A stretch of 64,000 nt of DNA from Gammaproteobacteria bacterium (GTDB taxonomy: Bacteria > Pseudomonadota > Gammaproteobacteria > GCA-001735895): contig JBNKUM010000067.1 of assembly GCA_050298595.1 (NCBI GenBank), forward strand, positions 23,660-87,659. Reading direction: 5' to 3'. Position 1 is the stretch's first letter, and the number at the start of each line of letters is the position of its first letter. Below are positions 1 through 9,500 of this stretch, in pieces. The notes beneath the pieces were generated by a model that searched no databases, was not told the DNA's origin, and saw only the letters and a list, made by a program, of their open reading frames with translations. A program made the position numbers and the translations under genes.

Positions 1-533
1 ATGCGATTCTCATCACTCCACTCGGGCAACACCCAGCCAACACGTAGATCCTTATCTTTCTGTTTTGCGTAGGCCAGGGCATCATATTCATAAGAAATTA
101 GCACAGCCTGTGAGTGAATTTTATTGAGCTGTTTTAGAACGAGCTCGACTGCCTTTAATCCAAAGTTATTCAGGCTGGCTTCTTTCAATTCAATAAAACA
201 GATGGCATCCGGCCACTGTGACATGAGTTCAATAAACTGCTCTAGCGTTGCAATTCGGCAATCCTGATATTTATTGCCAAAACGCTCAGCATGCCCTGCG
301 GGGAGATCTTTAATCACACTATACGCATGATCAGCAACTATGATTTGCTTCCCGGTCACTTTTAGCAGATGAGCGTCATGACTTAGAACCGGGATCGCAT
401 CGGCGGTGATCTGTACATCAGTTTCAACATATTTAGCACCAGACTTGAGTGCATGGCTGAAGCCCTGCAGGCTATTTTCAGGGAAAGTTGAGGGTTGGCC
501 TCTATGTGCCACTAAAGAAACTCGACCCATCAT
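1..533 (-). CDS. Glycerophosphodiester phosphodiesterase family protein (runs off window start)
   Basis: Manual translation of the minus strand gives MMGRVSLVAHRGQPSTFPENSLQGF...YVETDVQITADAIPVLSHD, with the HRG, PEN, ExDV and HD motifs of GDPD; not in the ORF track because it is truncated. Confidence 0.88.
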   Translation of the reverse strand, partial: MMGRVSLVAHRGQPSTFPENSLQGFSHALKSGAKYVETDVQITADAIPVLSHDAHLLKVTGKQIIVADHAYSVIKDLPAGHAERFGNKYQDCRIATLEQFIELMSQWPDAICFIELKEASLNNFGLKAVELVLKQLNKIHSQAVLISYEYDALAYAKQKDKDLRVGWVLPEWSDENR

Positions 534-661
534 GGGGCATACTCCTCTTTTATAGTTTCAGGTTGTTTTTTTAGAGAGTATTCAGTATAGCGACAAATCA
601 CATGATCTAGTTCAAGAATGCAGATATTTGTGAATTTTTTTAGAGTGCGTTTAGGTTAAGG

Positions 662-735
662 GCGAAGCGGGAAGCCAGAGCCAAGCAAAAATCTGTCACT
701 GCGCTCGTGATATACAGTACATCCTGTACATAACA
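662..735. repeat. GGA-loop modular repeat element (REP-like)
   Basis: GCGAAGCGGGAAGCCAGAGC (662-681) matches GCGAAAGCTGGATGCCAGAGC (19748-19768); minus-strand hairpin GTAC-AGGAT-GTAC at 717-729. Confidence 0.5.
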
Positions 736-739
736 ATGG

Positions 740-1081
740 TTAATTCATATAGGCTCTGGCTTCTTCGCCGGGATTGGGTAATCCAGCCATTTTCCACAGA
801 TTCAGACAGCTACCAAACTGCTGCTTAAGCTCACGTTTATCGAGACCAGCCGACTTACATACGCTACGCATGGGCGGTAATGCACCTAGTCTCATGTATT
901 TATCTCGAATAATGTCGATCAAATGCCAGTGCTGTTGAACCAGTTCGATGCCAGCTTCTTCCGCTCTACGTACAGTAAAGGATTCGGTCCAGTCGACTGG
1001 ATTAATCAGATAACCGTCTTCGTCCAGTATTTGCTTATTCTGCAAATTTTCTATGTTGTTTTCAGTTTGTATATGAAGCAT
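740..1081 (-). CDS. TusE/DsrC/DsvC family protein lacking the C-terminal catalytic Cys
   Basis: LDEDGYL..P.DW, HW..I..IR and AGLPNP motifs; ends GEEARAYMN rather than ..GCV. Confidence 0.85.
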   Translation of the reverse strand: MLHIQTENNIENLQNKQILDEDGYLINPVDWTESFTVRRAEEAGIELVQQHWHLIDIIRDKYMRLGALPPMRSVCKSAGLDKRELKQQFGSCLNLWKMAGLPNPGEEARAYMN

Positions 1082-1158
1082 TTTGGTGCCTCCAATATGG
1101 GGTGAGGAGATTATAGTCAGGCTGCATATATTAAATAAAATAATAAATAATGATTCAA

Positions 1159-1175
1159 TATCATAGTTATTGATA
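1159..1175. promoter_or_regulatory. LysR-type T-N11-A box (TATCA-N7-TGATA) in the divergent dsrC-like/cysB intergenic region
   Basis: Perfect 5-bp inverted repeat with LysR spacing, just upstream of the LysR start. Confidence 0.55.
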
Positions 1176-1185
1176 CACTCCGCTT

Positions 1186-2106
1186 ATGGAAATCCGTCAA
1201 CTACAGACTCTGATCACCCTGATCAATAATGACTTCAATGTTTCGGTCACTGCTGAAAAGCTATTTCTGGTTCAATCAGCAGTATCTCAACAGTTAAAAC
1301 GTCTGGAGCTGGAGCTGGGTAGCGGTTTATTTATACGCAAGGGTAAGCGTATGACCGGCCTCACCCCATTTGGCGAACAGGTCGAACAACTGGCGTATGA
1401 AGCAATTCAGGTATTTAAAAATATTGAACGCCTGGCAGAGGATCAACTGCAACACAGCCAGGGCATACTACGTATTGGCTGTACGCATACTCAGGCGCGC
1501 TATATATTGCCAGCCGTAATCAATCTGTTCAATCGCAGCTACCCGGATGTTGAGCTACAGATGCATCAGGGCAATCCGCAACAGCTGGTTGAATGGGCCG
1601 TCCACGATGTAGTGGATTTTTCTATCTGCACGGAAGAACTTGCTCAATCAGATAAGCTTGAGAGCATCCCCTGTTATCGTTGGAATCGTTGTCTTATCAC
1701 TCTGCCTGATCATCCGATTCAGCAACTGCAAAAGCCCACACTGGCTGACCTGTGCAAATATCCCATTGTTACCTATGTCGTGGGGTTTACCGGGCGTAAA
1801 AGTTTTAATCAAACCTTCGAAAAAGAAAAGCTTAAACCCAACACCGTACTCAGTGCTGCGGATACCGATATCATCAAGACCTATGTGCTGGATGGATTAG
1901 GCATTGGGGTCATCGCCAGTATGGCTTACAATGAAAACATTGACAAACAGCTTTGCTTTAAAGATTTAAGCCATCTTTTCCCCTGGGAAACCACCCGCAT
2001 CGCCTACCTGAAAAATAAGTATATTCGACGTTATCAGCAAACCTTTATCGATTTGTTTCTGGAAACCATCCGCAAAGATCAAAGCTCCCGGTTCGAAGCC
2101 TTATAG
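1186..2106 (+). CDS. cysB: CysB/Cbl-like LysR transcriptional regulator
   Basis: N-terminal LysR HTH; THTQARY, HQGNP and AADTDIIKTYV motifs typical of CysB/Cbl. Confidence 0.85.
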   Translation: MEIRQLQTLITLINNDFNVSVTAEKLFLVQSAVSQQLKRLELELGSGLFIRKGKRMTGLTPFGEQVEQLAYEAIQVFKNIERLAEDQLQHSQGILRIGCTHTQARYILPAVINLFNRSYPDVELQMHQGNPQQLVEWAVHDVVDFSICTEELAQSDKLESIPCYRWNRCLITLPDHPIQQLQKPTLADLCKYPIVTYVVGFTGRKSFNQTFEKEKLKPNTVLSAADTDIIKTYVLDGLGIGVIASMAYNENIDKQLCFKDLSHLFPWETTRIAYLKNKYIRRYQQTFIDLFLETIRKDQSSRFEAL

Positions 2107-2107
2107 G

Positions 2108-2533
2108 TTAATCAGTATCGCGCACCTTCGAACGCAGATTTTTGATCTGTCCTTTATGAGTTTTTGAATCCATACGTTTTCGTTTTGCCGCTCTGGAGGG
2201 TTTAGTTGCAATTCGCTTCTTCTGACTGATGTTGACACTCTTTATCAATTCAGCCAATCGAGCGAATGCATCATCACGATTTTTTTCCTGAGTCCGATAT
2301 CGTTGCGCCTTAATCACTATGACGCCTTCTTTACTGATACGTTTATCCTTCAGATTAAGCAGGCGCTGTTTATAAAAGTCAGGCAGGGACGAACTTTCAA
2401 TATCAAAGCGGCAATGTATCGCACTGGAAACCTTATTGACGTTCTGGCCACCTGGACCCTGTGCGCGGATGGCTTCGAGCTCTATCTCGGTTTCGGGCAG
2501 TGAAACGTTAGAAGAAATCTTTAACGCAATCAT
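2108..2533 (-). CDS. arfB: Alternative ribosome rescue peptidyl-tRNA hydrolase
   Basis: GPGGQNVNKVSSA motif, RTQEKNR, basic C-terminal tail. Confidence 0.93.
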   Translation of the reverse strand: MIALKISSNVSLPETEIELEAIRAQGPGGQNVNKVSSAIHCRFDIESSSLPDFYKQRLLNLKDKRISKEGVIVIKAQRYRTQEKNRDDAFARLAELIKSVNISQKKRIATKPSRAAKRKRMDSKTHKGQIKNLRSKVRDTD

Positions 2534-2587
2534 ATTGTTCGCATGGGAGGTTAGATATTAATACCTGTATAGCCTTTTGTAGGTTGG

Positions 2588-4057
2588 TCATTCTCCACGC
2601 TGTTGATCAATACGTCGTCTGAACGAAGCCATAATGCTTTTATATAACTGATGCCCCAACACCTTGTCTTCTACTTCGGAATCTATACTGGGGTTATCAT
2701 TCACTTCGATCACAAATACACCCGCATCGGTTTCTTTTAGATCTACTCCATATAGACCATCACCAATCAGGTTAGCTGCTTTGACTGCGGTCTTAACTAC
2801 CTTTTTGGGTGCAGCTTCTATGGTCATAGTTTCAAAGTCACCGCTATAGTTTTCACCTGCCGCATGATCGTAGATTTGCCAATGTCCGGAAGACATCATG
2901 TATTTACACACAAACAGAGGTTTACGATCGAGTACTCCTACGCGCCAGTCATAATCTGTGTACATGTATTCCTGCGCGAGGATAAGGTCAGAATCGCGAA
3001 ACAGCTTTTGACAGGTAGATTTCAGCTCTTTTAAGTTTTCAGCCTTGTAAACACCACGAGAAAAGGAGCCGTCGGGTATCTTTAGAATAATAGGGAAACT
3101 AATATCCTTACTGAGTTGCTTTTCCTGACCCTTGCTCAGGATTAATGTCTTTGGTGTCGGCACCTTATTGGCACGTAATAATTCTTCCAGAAACACCTTG
3201 TTAGTACAGCGCAATATCGAATCAGGATCATCCATCACCACCAGTCCTTCATTCTGCGCCCGGCGCGCAAAACGAAAGGTATGGTGATCTATGGAAGTCG
3301 TTTCACGAATAAACAGGGCATCATATTCAGCAATGCGACCGTAATCTTTTTTAGTGATCAATTCTGCGGACATGCCTGACTCGTTTGCCGCCTTAATAAA
3401 GCACCCGAGTGCCTCTGCATCTGATGGCGGTAATTTCTCCGCTGGATTGTGCAAGATTGCCAGTTCATATTTATATTGGCGCTGAGCTTTTGGTTTACGC
3501 CAGGGTTTACTCAGATAAGCCTGTAACGCTGAGACAAAAGTAATCTTTTCCTGATCATCAAGAGACTTGAGTGAAACTGGCCGAACATCTTCTATCCTCC
3601 AACCTTTTTTATACCTGAAATCTACTCGCAGTAAAGGCGTACTAAAGATCTCAAAAATCTGTTGCCCCAGTTCCTGTAACTCAGGAATAGAGGAACGACC
3701 AAACATCACTTTGATTTTCAGGCGTGTTATTTCCGAAGATAGTCCTTTTTTACTGATGGCTTTTTCCACCTGGTTTTCAAGATTTCGTGTCATCAGGCTA
3801 TAGATAGAGCGTCGACTCAAATCCTGAATAGTGCGCACCGACGGTATTACCTTATGGTTCCTGGCTTCGGCTAGCAGTGAACAGTAATAGCCCAGACTGG
3901 CATAGCGATGACTGCGACACAGATTGACGATGCGCAAGCGCTGCTCGGGGGGATAGCTTTTGCCTGTCAGGTATTCATTTACGGTAATCACTTTCAGATC
4001 CGGAAATTGCTTAGGCCAGTGTGACAGCTTTTCGACGATGACTATGTGCTCTGACAT
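2588..4057 (-). CDS. RimK-family ATP-grasp ligase with N-terminal RLAN domain
   Basis: N-terminal NLCRS..Y.S.GYYCSLLAEAR.H (RLAN); ATP-grasp motifs KIPDGSFSRGV, QEY, GVDLK, EVNDNP. Confidence 0.88.
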   Translation of the reverse strand: MSEHIVIVEKLSHWPKQFPDLKVITVNEYLTGKSYPPEQRLRIVNLCRSHRYASLGYYCSLLAEARNHKVIPSVRTIQDLSRRSIYSLMTRNLENQVEKAISKKGLSSEITRLKIKVMFGRSSIPELQELGQQIFEIFSTPLLRVDFRYKKGWRIEDVRPVSLKSLDDQEKITFVSALQAYLSKPWRKPKAQRQYKYELAILHNPAEKLPPSDAEALGCFIKAANESGMSAELITKKDYGRIAEYDALFIRETTSIDHHTFRFARRAQNEGLVVMDDPDSILRCTNKVFLEELLRANKVPTPKTLILSKGQEKQLSKDISFPIILKIPDGSFSRGVYKAENLKELKSTCQKLFRDSDLILAQEYMYTDYDWRVGVLDRKPLFVCKYMMSSGHWQIYDHAAGENYSGDFETMTIEAAPKKVVKTAVKAANLIGDGLYGVDLKETDAGVFVIEVNDNPSIDSEVEDKVLGHQLYKSIMASFRRRIDQQRGE

Positions 4058-4078
4058 TCTTTTTCTCAGCCCGGGTAA

Positions 4079-5182
4079 TTATTTTTTGTGGTTATTCGAA
4101 ATCAATACGACAGCCTGCAGGCCAGAACGACCGAAACGTGCCATGCGTGAGAACTCCCTGCGCGGGATAGCGATATTGATTGAGTCAGTTGGTGTTTCTC
4201 CTTCCTCACGATCAACAAAAGGGTCATTCACGTATACCAGATGCTGGTCAAATCCACAAACGACTACCCAGTGAGGATTCTTTTCACCATAAATACGGTA
4301 AGAACTGATCAGTACAATCGGAATCGCACCTGAGTTAAGCCTGGCTTCCATCTCCGGTTGTTCCAGGTTCTGGTAATGCACCGGGATCTGGTAATCTTTG
4401 ATCTCCCCCAGCATCTCTTCATGTACCAGACGCATGACTTCTTTCTTTTCTGGGCTACGTACTGTTTCCACAAATGGCACGCCCTGATCATTAACATGAA
4501 TAACTGCATTGAATCCACGCTTATGAGCCGCTAGCGCCAGACCAAAGGGGCCGCAGCCGCCATGGCCGGATGTCATAAATATCGTAGTCGCTTCACGCCA
4601 TAGACGGATTTCCAGTGTTCTATCCAGTGTCAATTCAGGTTGCAGACTTTTCATTGCCATCATCAAAGCAGAAGCACCGCAGGTAAATTCCAGTGTCTGC
4701 TCGTAAAAAGGCATATTGGCTAATTGTGGAGGCTGATCTGGTTGCAGGCTTTTCTCGAAGCGTAGTGCGGGCATATGATCTTCATAATAATCTGCCAGTA
4801 CGCCAAAGCGATGGTAGCCCAGTCCTTCAAACAGTCGCAATGACGCAGCATTGTCTTCTCGTATTTCAAGGCGAATATAAAAACGTCCCTGATCACGTGC
4901 CGCGGTTTCGGCAGCATTGACCAGCCGCCTGCCTATTCCCATGCCACGAGCGCGTTCCTCGATGGCAATAGAATACAGACGTGCAACCGAGGTTGCCCGG
5001 TTATATAGCACCATGACATATCCAGCCAGCCCTTCATTATCTTCAGATAACAGTATATCCGCATGAGAGCGGGTCAGCAGATAACGCCATTGTCGACGTG
5101 AAATCAGGTCTGTCTCGAAACAACGTTTTTCTATACCCGTGAGCTGGTCAATATCAGAAAGTTTGGCAGGGCGGATCAACAA
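4079..5182 (-). CDS. RimI-like GNAT acetyltransferase fused to a C39-like (DUF3335-type) peptidase domain
   Basis: GNAT: RGMGIG, LEIREDN..S..LF...GY, YYED; papain-like motifs YEQTLEFTCG, PHWVVV, NDPF. Confidence 0.82.
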   Translation of the reverse strand: MLIRPAKLSDIDQLTGIEKRCFETDLISRRQWRYLLTRSHADILLSEDNEGLAGYVMVLYNRATSVARLYSIAIEERARGMGIGRRLVNAAETAARDQGRFYIRLEIREDNAASLRLFEGLGYHRFGVLADYYEDHMPALRFEKSLQPDQPPQLANMPFYEQTLEFTCGASALMMAMKSLQPELTLDRTLEIRLWREATTIFMTSGHGGCGPFGLALAAHKRGFNAVIHVNDQGVPFVETVRSPEKKEVMRLVHEEMLGEIKDYQIPVHYQNLEQPEMEARLNSGAIPIVLISSYRIYGEKNPHWVVVCGFDQHLVYVNDPFVDREEGETPTDSINIAIPRREFSRMARFGRSGLQAVVLISNNHKK

Positions 5183-5471
5183 AGTATCGCAATTGGGATA
5201 TTTAGAAATCTTATCTTAGCAACTTTGAATAAAAAGGAAATGGATATTTTTTAAAGTTGGAATAGCTACTATGACTGTTATTTTTGGCATTAAATTGAAT
5301 TCCTGACCAATATGAAAATCCGATAAAACTACTTTTTTGTGATCGTGCTCGTTAAAATACAGCCTTAACCACCAGATGAACCACAACAGTGATCAGTTTT
5401 TTTATCTGTTACATGATGCCGTATCGTAAGCAACCACACACTTTACTTGCAAAAGAACATCGGGGTTCCTG

Positions 5472-6599
5472 ATGAGTTTCTGCCGCTTTTACGATAATGC
5501 AGACTGCCGTTCCTGTTCGTTGCTTGAGCTCTCCTACCCAATGCAATTGCAACAGAAAGAACAACAACTGCATCAGATTCTCGATCACTTCAAACCAGCC
5601 CACTGGCTTGCGCCGATAACCGGATCTCAAACAGGTTTCCGCAACAAAGCAAAAATGGTCGCTACAGCGTCACCCCAGGGTATCGTACTCGGATTGTCTG
5701 GTGGCATTAGTCTGATCGAATGTCCACTGTATGAAAGCAACATGCAAAGGGTATTGCAGCAGGTGCAGCGCTGGTTGAATACTATAGGGGTCAAAGCATA
5801 TGACGTAAAACGTAAAAGCGGTGAATTAAAGTATGTATTATTCACCCGCAGCACATACGATAACTCGATGATGCTGCGTTTTGTATTACGCTCGACGTCC
5901 AGTATTGATGTTCTGCGCAAATCTCTCAACTTACTACTCAATAGCGCAACTGAATTAAAAGTAGTCAGTGTCAATCTACAACCTGTACACATGGCGATAC
6001 TCGAGGGTGATGAAGAGATTTTTCTCACAGAGCAAACTGTGCTGGAGGAATCCCTGAATGGAATCCCGCTGTTCATCCGGCCCAAAAGCTTTTTCCAGAC
6101 CAATCCTGAAGTAGCGGCAAAGCTATACCAGAGCGCAGCTGAATGGGTCGACTCTACCGGCGCTAAAACTATTATGGATCTGTTTTGCGGTGTCGGCGGA
6201 TTTGCCCTGCATGTCGCGAATAATGATCGTAACGTCATTGGCATTGAAATCGAAGAGGAAGCCATCATCTGTGCGTCCAAATCTGCCAGGCGACTCGGCA
6301 TCAATACTCTGAGCTTTAAAGCACTGGATGCAACGAGTTACAGCACAGAAACATCTACTCCGCCTGAGGTACTCATTGTCAATCCTCCGCGCAGAGGATT
6401 AGGCCAACAGCTATGCAACTGGATAGAAAGCAGTTCGCCTCAGCATATTATTTATTCAAGCTGTAATGCCGCCAGTCTCGGCCAGGATCTGACTGCAATG
6501 GAATCTTACAGTGTTGCCAAAGTACAGATGTTTGATATGTTCCCTCACTCGCGGCATTTCGAGACACTGGTTTATCTGGTAAAAAAAACAGGTAAATGA
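5472..6599 (+). CDS. rlmC: 23S rRNA (uracil747-C5)-methyltransferase
   Basis: N-terminal Fe-S Cys cluster (C...CRSC), FRNKAKM, SFFQTN, DLFCGVG, NPPRRG, YSSCN, DMFPHS.HFE. Confidence 0.92.
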   Translation: MSFCRFYDNADCRSCSLLELSYPMQLQQKEQQLHQILDHFKPAHWLAPITGSQTGFRNKAKMVATASPQGIVLGLSGGISLIECPLYESNMQRVLQQVQRWLNTIGVKAYDVKRKSGELKYVLFTRSTYDNSMMLRFVLRSTSSIDVLRKSLNLLLNSATELKVVSVNLQPVHMAILEGDEEIFLTEQTVLEESLNGIPLFIRPKSFFQTNPEVAAKLYQSAAEWVDSTGAKTIMDLFCGVGGFALHVANNDRNVIGIEIEEEAIICASKSARRLGINTLSFKALDATSYSTETSTPPEVLIVNPPRRGLGQQLCNWIESSSPQHIIYSSCNAASLGQDLTAMESYSVAKVQMFDMFPHSRHFETLVYLVKKTGK

Positions 6600-6602
6600 T
6601 AT

Positions 6603-9416
6603 TTAGTCTTTCAATGCTTTTAATATGGTCGTGTAGTCAAAGTTCCTGGCGAGCTGAGTCAGTTTGCTCTGTAATTCCTGGTCGTGCATCGAAACCTGCT
6701 GGATGACCGCCTCAATGCGCTTGGACTCCAGGCTTTCTAGCACTTCAACGAACTCATTGCGCAGTGCTTCAGGCAGGCTATTCAACATCTGCGGCGTTAA
6801 CGATATATCCGGTTCTATTACGTCTGATTCCACAGCGCTCTCATAAAGATATTTCACGCCTAGCTGTCTTGAAAGGCAATCATAAATCTCGCCCGGTCGG
6901 TAGGGCTTGCGCACATAGTCATCCATGCCACTAGCAAGCATTTCGTCCCGCTCTTCGTCAAACGCCGATGCAGTCACTGCAGCAATCTTAACCTCCTTGC
7001 CACCCGCTAATTCACGGATGCGCCGTGTCGCCTGTATGCCATCCATCACAGGCATGCGTCTATCCATCCAGATGAAATGTGGATGCCAGCTCTCAAACAG
7101 TTGTACCCCCTGCTCACCGTTCTCGGCTATCCTGACCTTAAAACCAACAGATTCCATAAACCTGCTCAGTAGCAACTGATTATCACGCTGGTCTTCCACG
7201 ATCAAAATACGATACTCGCCCTGGTCAGGGGCCAGCGCCATCACTTCGTCCTTGACGATCACCTGCTCTGCCATAGTAATATCTGCCTCCTGTGCTTCAA
7301 TCAGGGGTAGGTCGAGCCTGAACAACGAGCCTTTACCTGGAGCACTTTCCAGCCAGATATTCCCGCCCATCATCTTTACAAATTGACGCGTAATCGTTAA
7401 TCCCAGCCCGGTGCCTTTATTGGTACCCTGTTCGCCAAGTTGCACAAAAGGCTCGAAAACCTTTTGCTGGTCTTCAACCGCTATGCCAATGCCAGTGTCC
7501 TCTACATCGATCAGCAGATGAGAGATCTTATTATCCTTTGTGTCCAGGCGTAGCGTGACCCCCCCCTGCTCAGTATTTTTGATGGCGTTGCTTACCAGAT
7601 TGATCAGAATCTGCCGTAGACGGGCCTGATCACCGACAATGAAACGTGGGAATAGAGAACTCTGGTCGATCCTTAATTGCAGGCCTTTGTTGAAAGCACG
7701 TTGCTGCATCATGTCAATAATATCGCGCACCAGAGTACCCAGATCGAAGGCTGCATTTTCCAGATTCACCTGTCCCGCTTCGATCTTGGCCATATCTAGC
7801 ACATCGTTAATCAGCGCCAGCAGATGTTTACCGCTACGACTAATAATTTCGATGTTCTCACGCAGGGATTCGTGTAGTAATGGATTATTGGTCATGAGTT
7901 CGGAGAACCCGAGGATGGCGTTCAGAGGTGTGCGAAGTTCATGACTCATATTGGCCAGGAAGGCACTCTTGGCACGGCTGGCTGATTCAGCGTGTTCCTT
8001 GGCAGATAGCAACTGCCGATTTGAATCGGCTAACTCGTGAGTACGTTCATTCACCTTTGCCTCCAGGCCCCCAATTAATGCATGCAATTGACCTGCAATA
8101 TTATTAAAGACGGATGTCAGCTCACTGATTTCATCTTCCGATTGGGGTGCTATTGGATGCTGTAGATAACGTCTCAGAGCAATACGCTGGCTATACTCTC
8201 TATCTACTTCTTCTTCCACCATCTCAGGTTTCTCCAGACCCATCGCAGATACTGCCCTGGTAAGCGCCCTGATCGGTGCAACGATTCTACTGATCAAGGA
8301 GTATCCGACGGCACCTCCCAACACAAGAATAAACACAGACGCGGCAATAATGCCCATGACGGTTTGGCGGATGGTGGCAATGGTGTTTTCCCTCGAAAGT
8401 GCCTGACTCAGAATAAGCGAGCTACCATCCTCTGCTATCTGCCAGGGCATAGAAGCCTGGTAGTAGGAATCCCCTCCTATATTTACGGTATGCAACTGGA
8501 TAAGCGGGTCTCTTTGCGCAGACAAAACTTCAGTTGGTGTAGCCAGATCTACCAATTGAACACGCTGCTGCCCATCTGCGGAGATAATAGCCGGCAACAA
8601 ACCCGTCTTCTCAGTAAGATTTTGCAGAAAGCCTTTGTCAAATACCTGAGTAAAAACAAACATACCGATCCTGACCGGTAAGTCCTCCTGCGTTAGCTGG
8701 GCTTGCAAAGCTGTCGTAGGCGTGGCTATGCTCAGGTTTTCGGCAATGACTTCGTTAAAAGACTGGCGAATCATACCTTGAATCGGCACTATCACGTGCA
8801 GCTCGATAACCTCTTGTGCAGGAAAATCGAAGCTTACCGTCACCCTGTCCACATTGGGAAAGTGGCGATGGATTGATCCTGGCAGTGGGATTTCTGACCA
8901 GTTACGCCAGTCATCCAGCGGTACCTTACCATTTCTGTACTGCTGAATCCCAACCACCCTAGTTTGACTATCGTGTCGCTTTATCATGCCCGCCGCCTGC
9001 GGCGTCACAAAATGTGACAGGTCATCATCTAGATACACCGCCACACTGGACAGGCGTGCGGAGAGCAGGATTAACTGTAAGCGGTTTAAGGATGTGACCC
9101 GGTTAAGACTTACAGCGCTGTCGAGAGGAGCGCTAGGTTGATTTTTCAGCTTGAGTAGCTGGCTGTATAAAACAGCCATATCGCTAAGATTCTTTTCGTC
9201 ACGCGCGGCTTGCATAGACACATTAGACATACGGTTGCGCATTTCCTGTAGATCGTTTTGAAATACGATCAACTCACGTGACAATCGGTTATAGGCTTCT
9301 GCCTGACTCTCGCGGTTAATCAGGTATGAAGCCAGCAGGGCATTAAGCAGCGTAACCGCTAACAGAAATGCCGCAAAGATAGCCAGTAGCTTGTATTTAA
9401 TACTTACAATTTTCAC
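6603..9416 (-). CDS. Membrane hybrid sensor histidine kinase (periplasmic domain-HAMP-HisKA-HATPase-REC), copy 1
   Basis: Two TM helices, [15 protein letters not shown]-box, DTGIG, GTGLGL, REC WMD. Confidence 0.92.
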   Translation of the reverse strand: MKIVSIKYKLLAIFAAFLLAVTLLNALLASYLINRESQAEAYNRLSRELIVFQNDLQEMRNRMSNVSMQAARDEKNLSDMAVLYSQLLKLKNQPSAPLDSAVSLNRVTSLNRLQLILLSARLSSVAVYLDDDLSHFVTPQAAGMIKRHDSQTRVVGIQQYRNGKVPLDDWRNWSEIPLPGSIHRHFPNVDRVTVSFDFPAQEVIELHVIVPIQGMIRQSFNEVIAENLSIATPTTALQAQLTQEDLPVRIGMFVFTQVFDKGFLQNLTEKTGLLPAIISADGQQRVQLVDLATPTEVLSAQRDPLIQLHTVNIGGDSYYQASMPWQIAEDGSSLILSQALSRENTIATIRQTVMGIIAASVFILVLGGAVGYSLISRIVAPIRALTRAVSAMGLEKPEMVEEEVDREYSQRIALRRYLQHPIAPQSEDEISELTSVFNNIAGQLHALIGGLEAKVNERTHELADSNRQLLSAKEHAESASRAKSAFLANMSHELRTPLNAILGFSELMTNNPLLHESLRENIEIISRSGKHLLALINDVLDMAKIEAGQVNLENAAFDLGTLVRDIIDMMQQRAFNKGLQLRIDQSSLFPRFIVGDQARLRQILINLVSNAIKNTEQGGVTLRLDTKDNKISHLLIDVEDTGIGIAVEDQQKVFEPFVQLGEQGTNKGTGLGLTITRQFVKMMGGNIWLESAPGKGSLFRLDLPLIEAQEADITMAEQVIVKDEVMALAPDQGEYRILIVEDQRDNQLLLSRFMESVGFKVRIAENGEQGVQLFESWHPHFIWMDRRMPVMDGIQATRRIRELAGGKEVKIAAVTASAFDEERDEMLASGMDDYVRKPYRPGEIYDCLSRQLGVKYLYESAVESDVIEPDISLTPQMLNSLPEALRNEFVEVLESLESKRIEAVIQQVSMHDQELQSKLTQLARNFDYTTILKALKD

Positions 9417-9500
9417 TATTAATTAGCATCAGTAATCGATGCACGTCCCTCAATCAATCAGCTGATAAAAAACAGGGGCTCGTTGCACATCCGTTCAACA

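Noticed and set aside
5627-6304. Long antisense ORFs (also 11559-12140, 57889-58419 and others)
   Set aside because: Shadows of well-supported genes on the opposite strand
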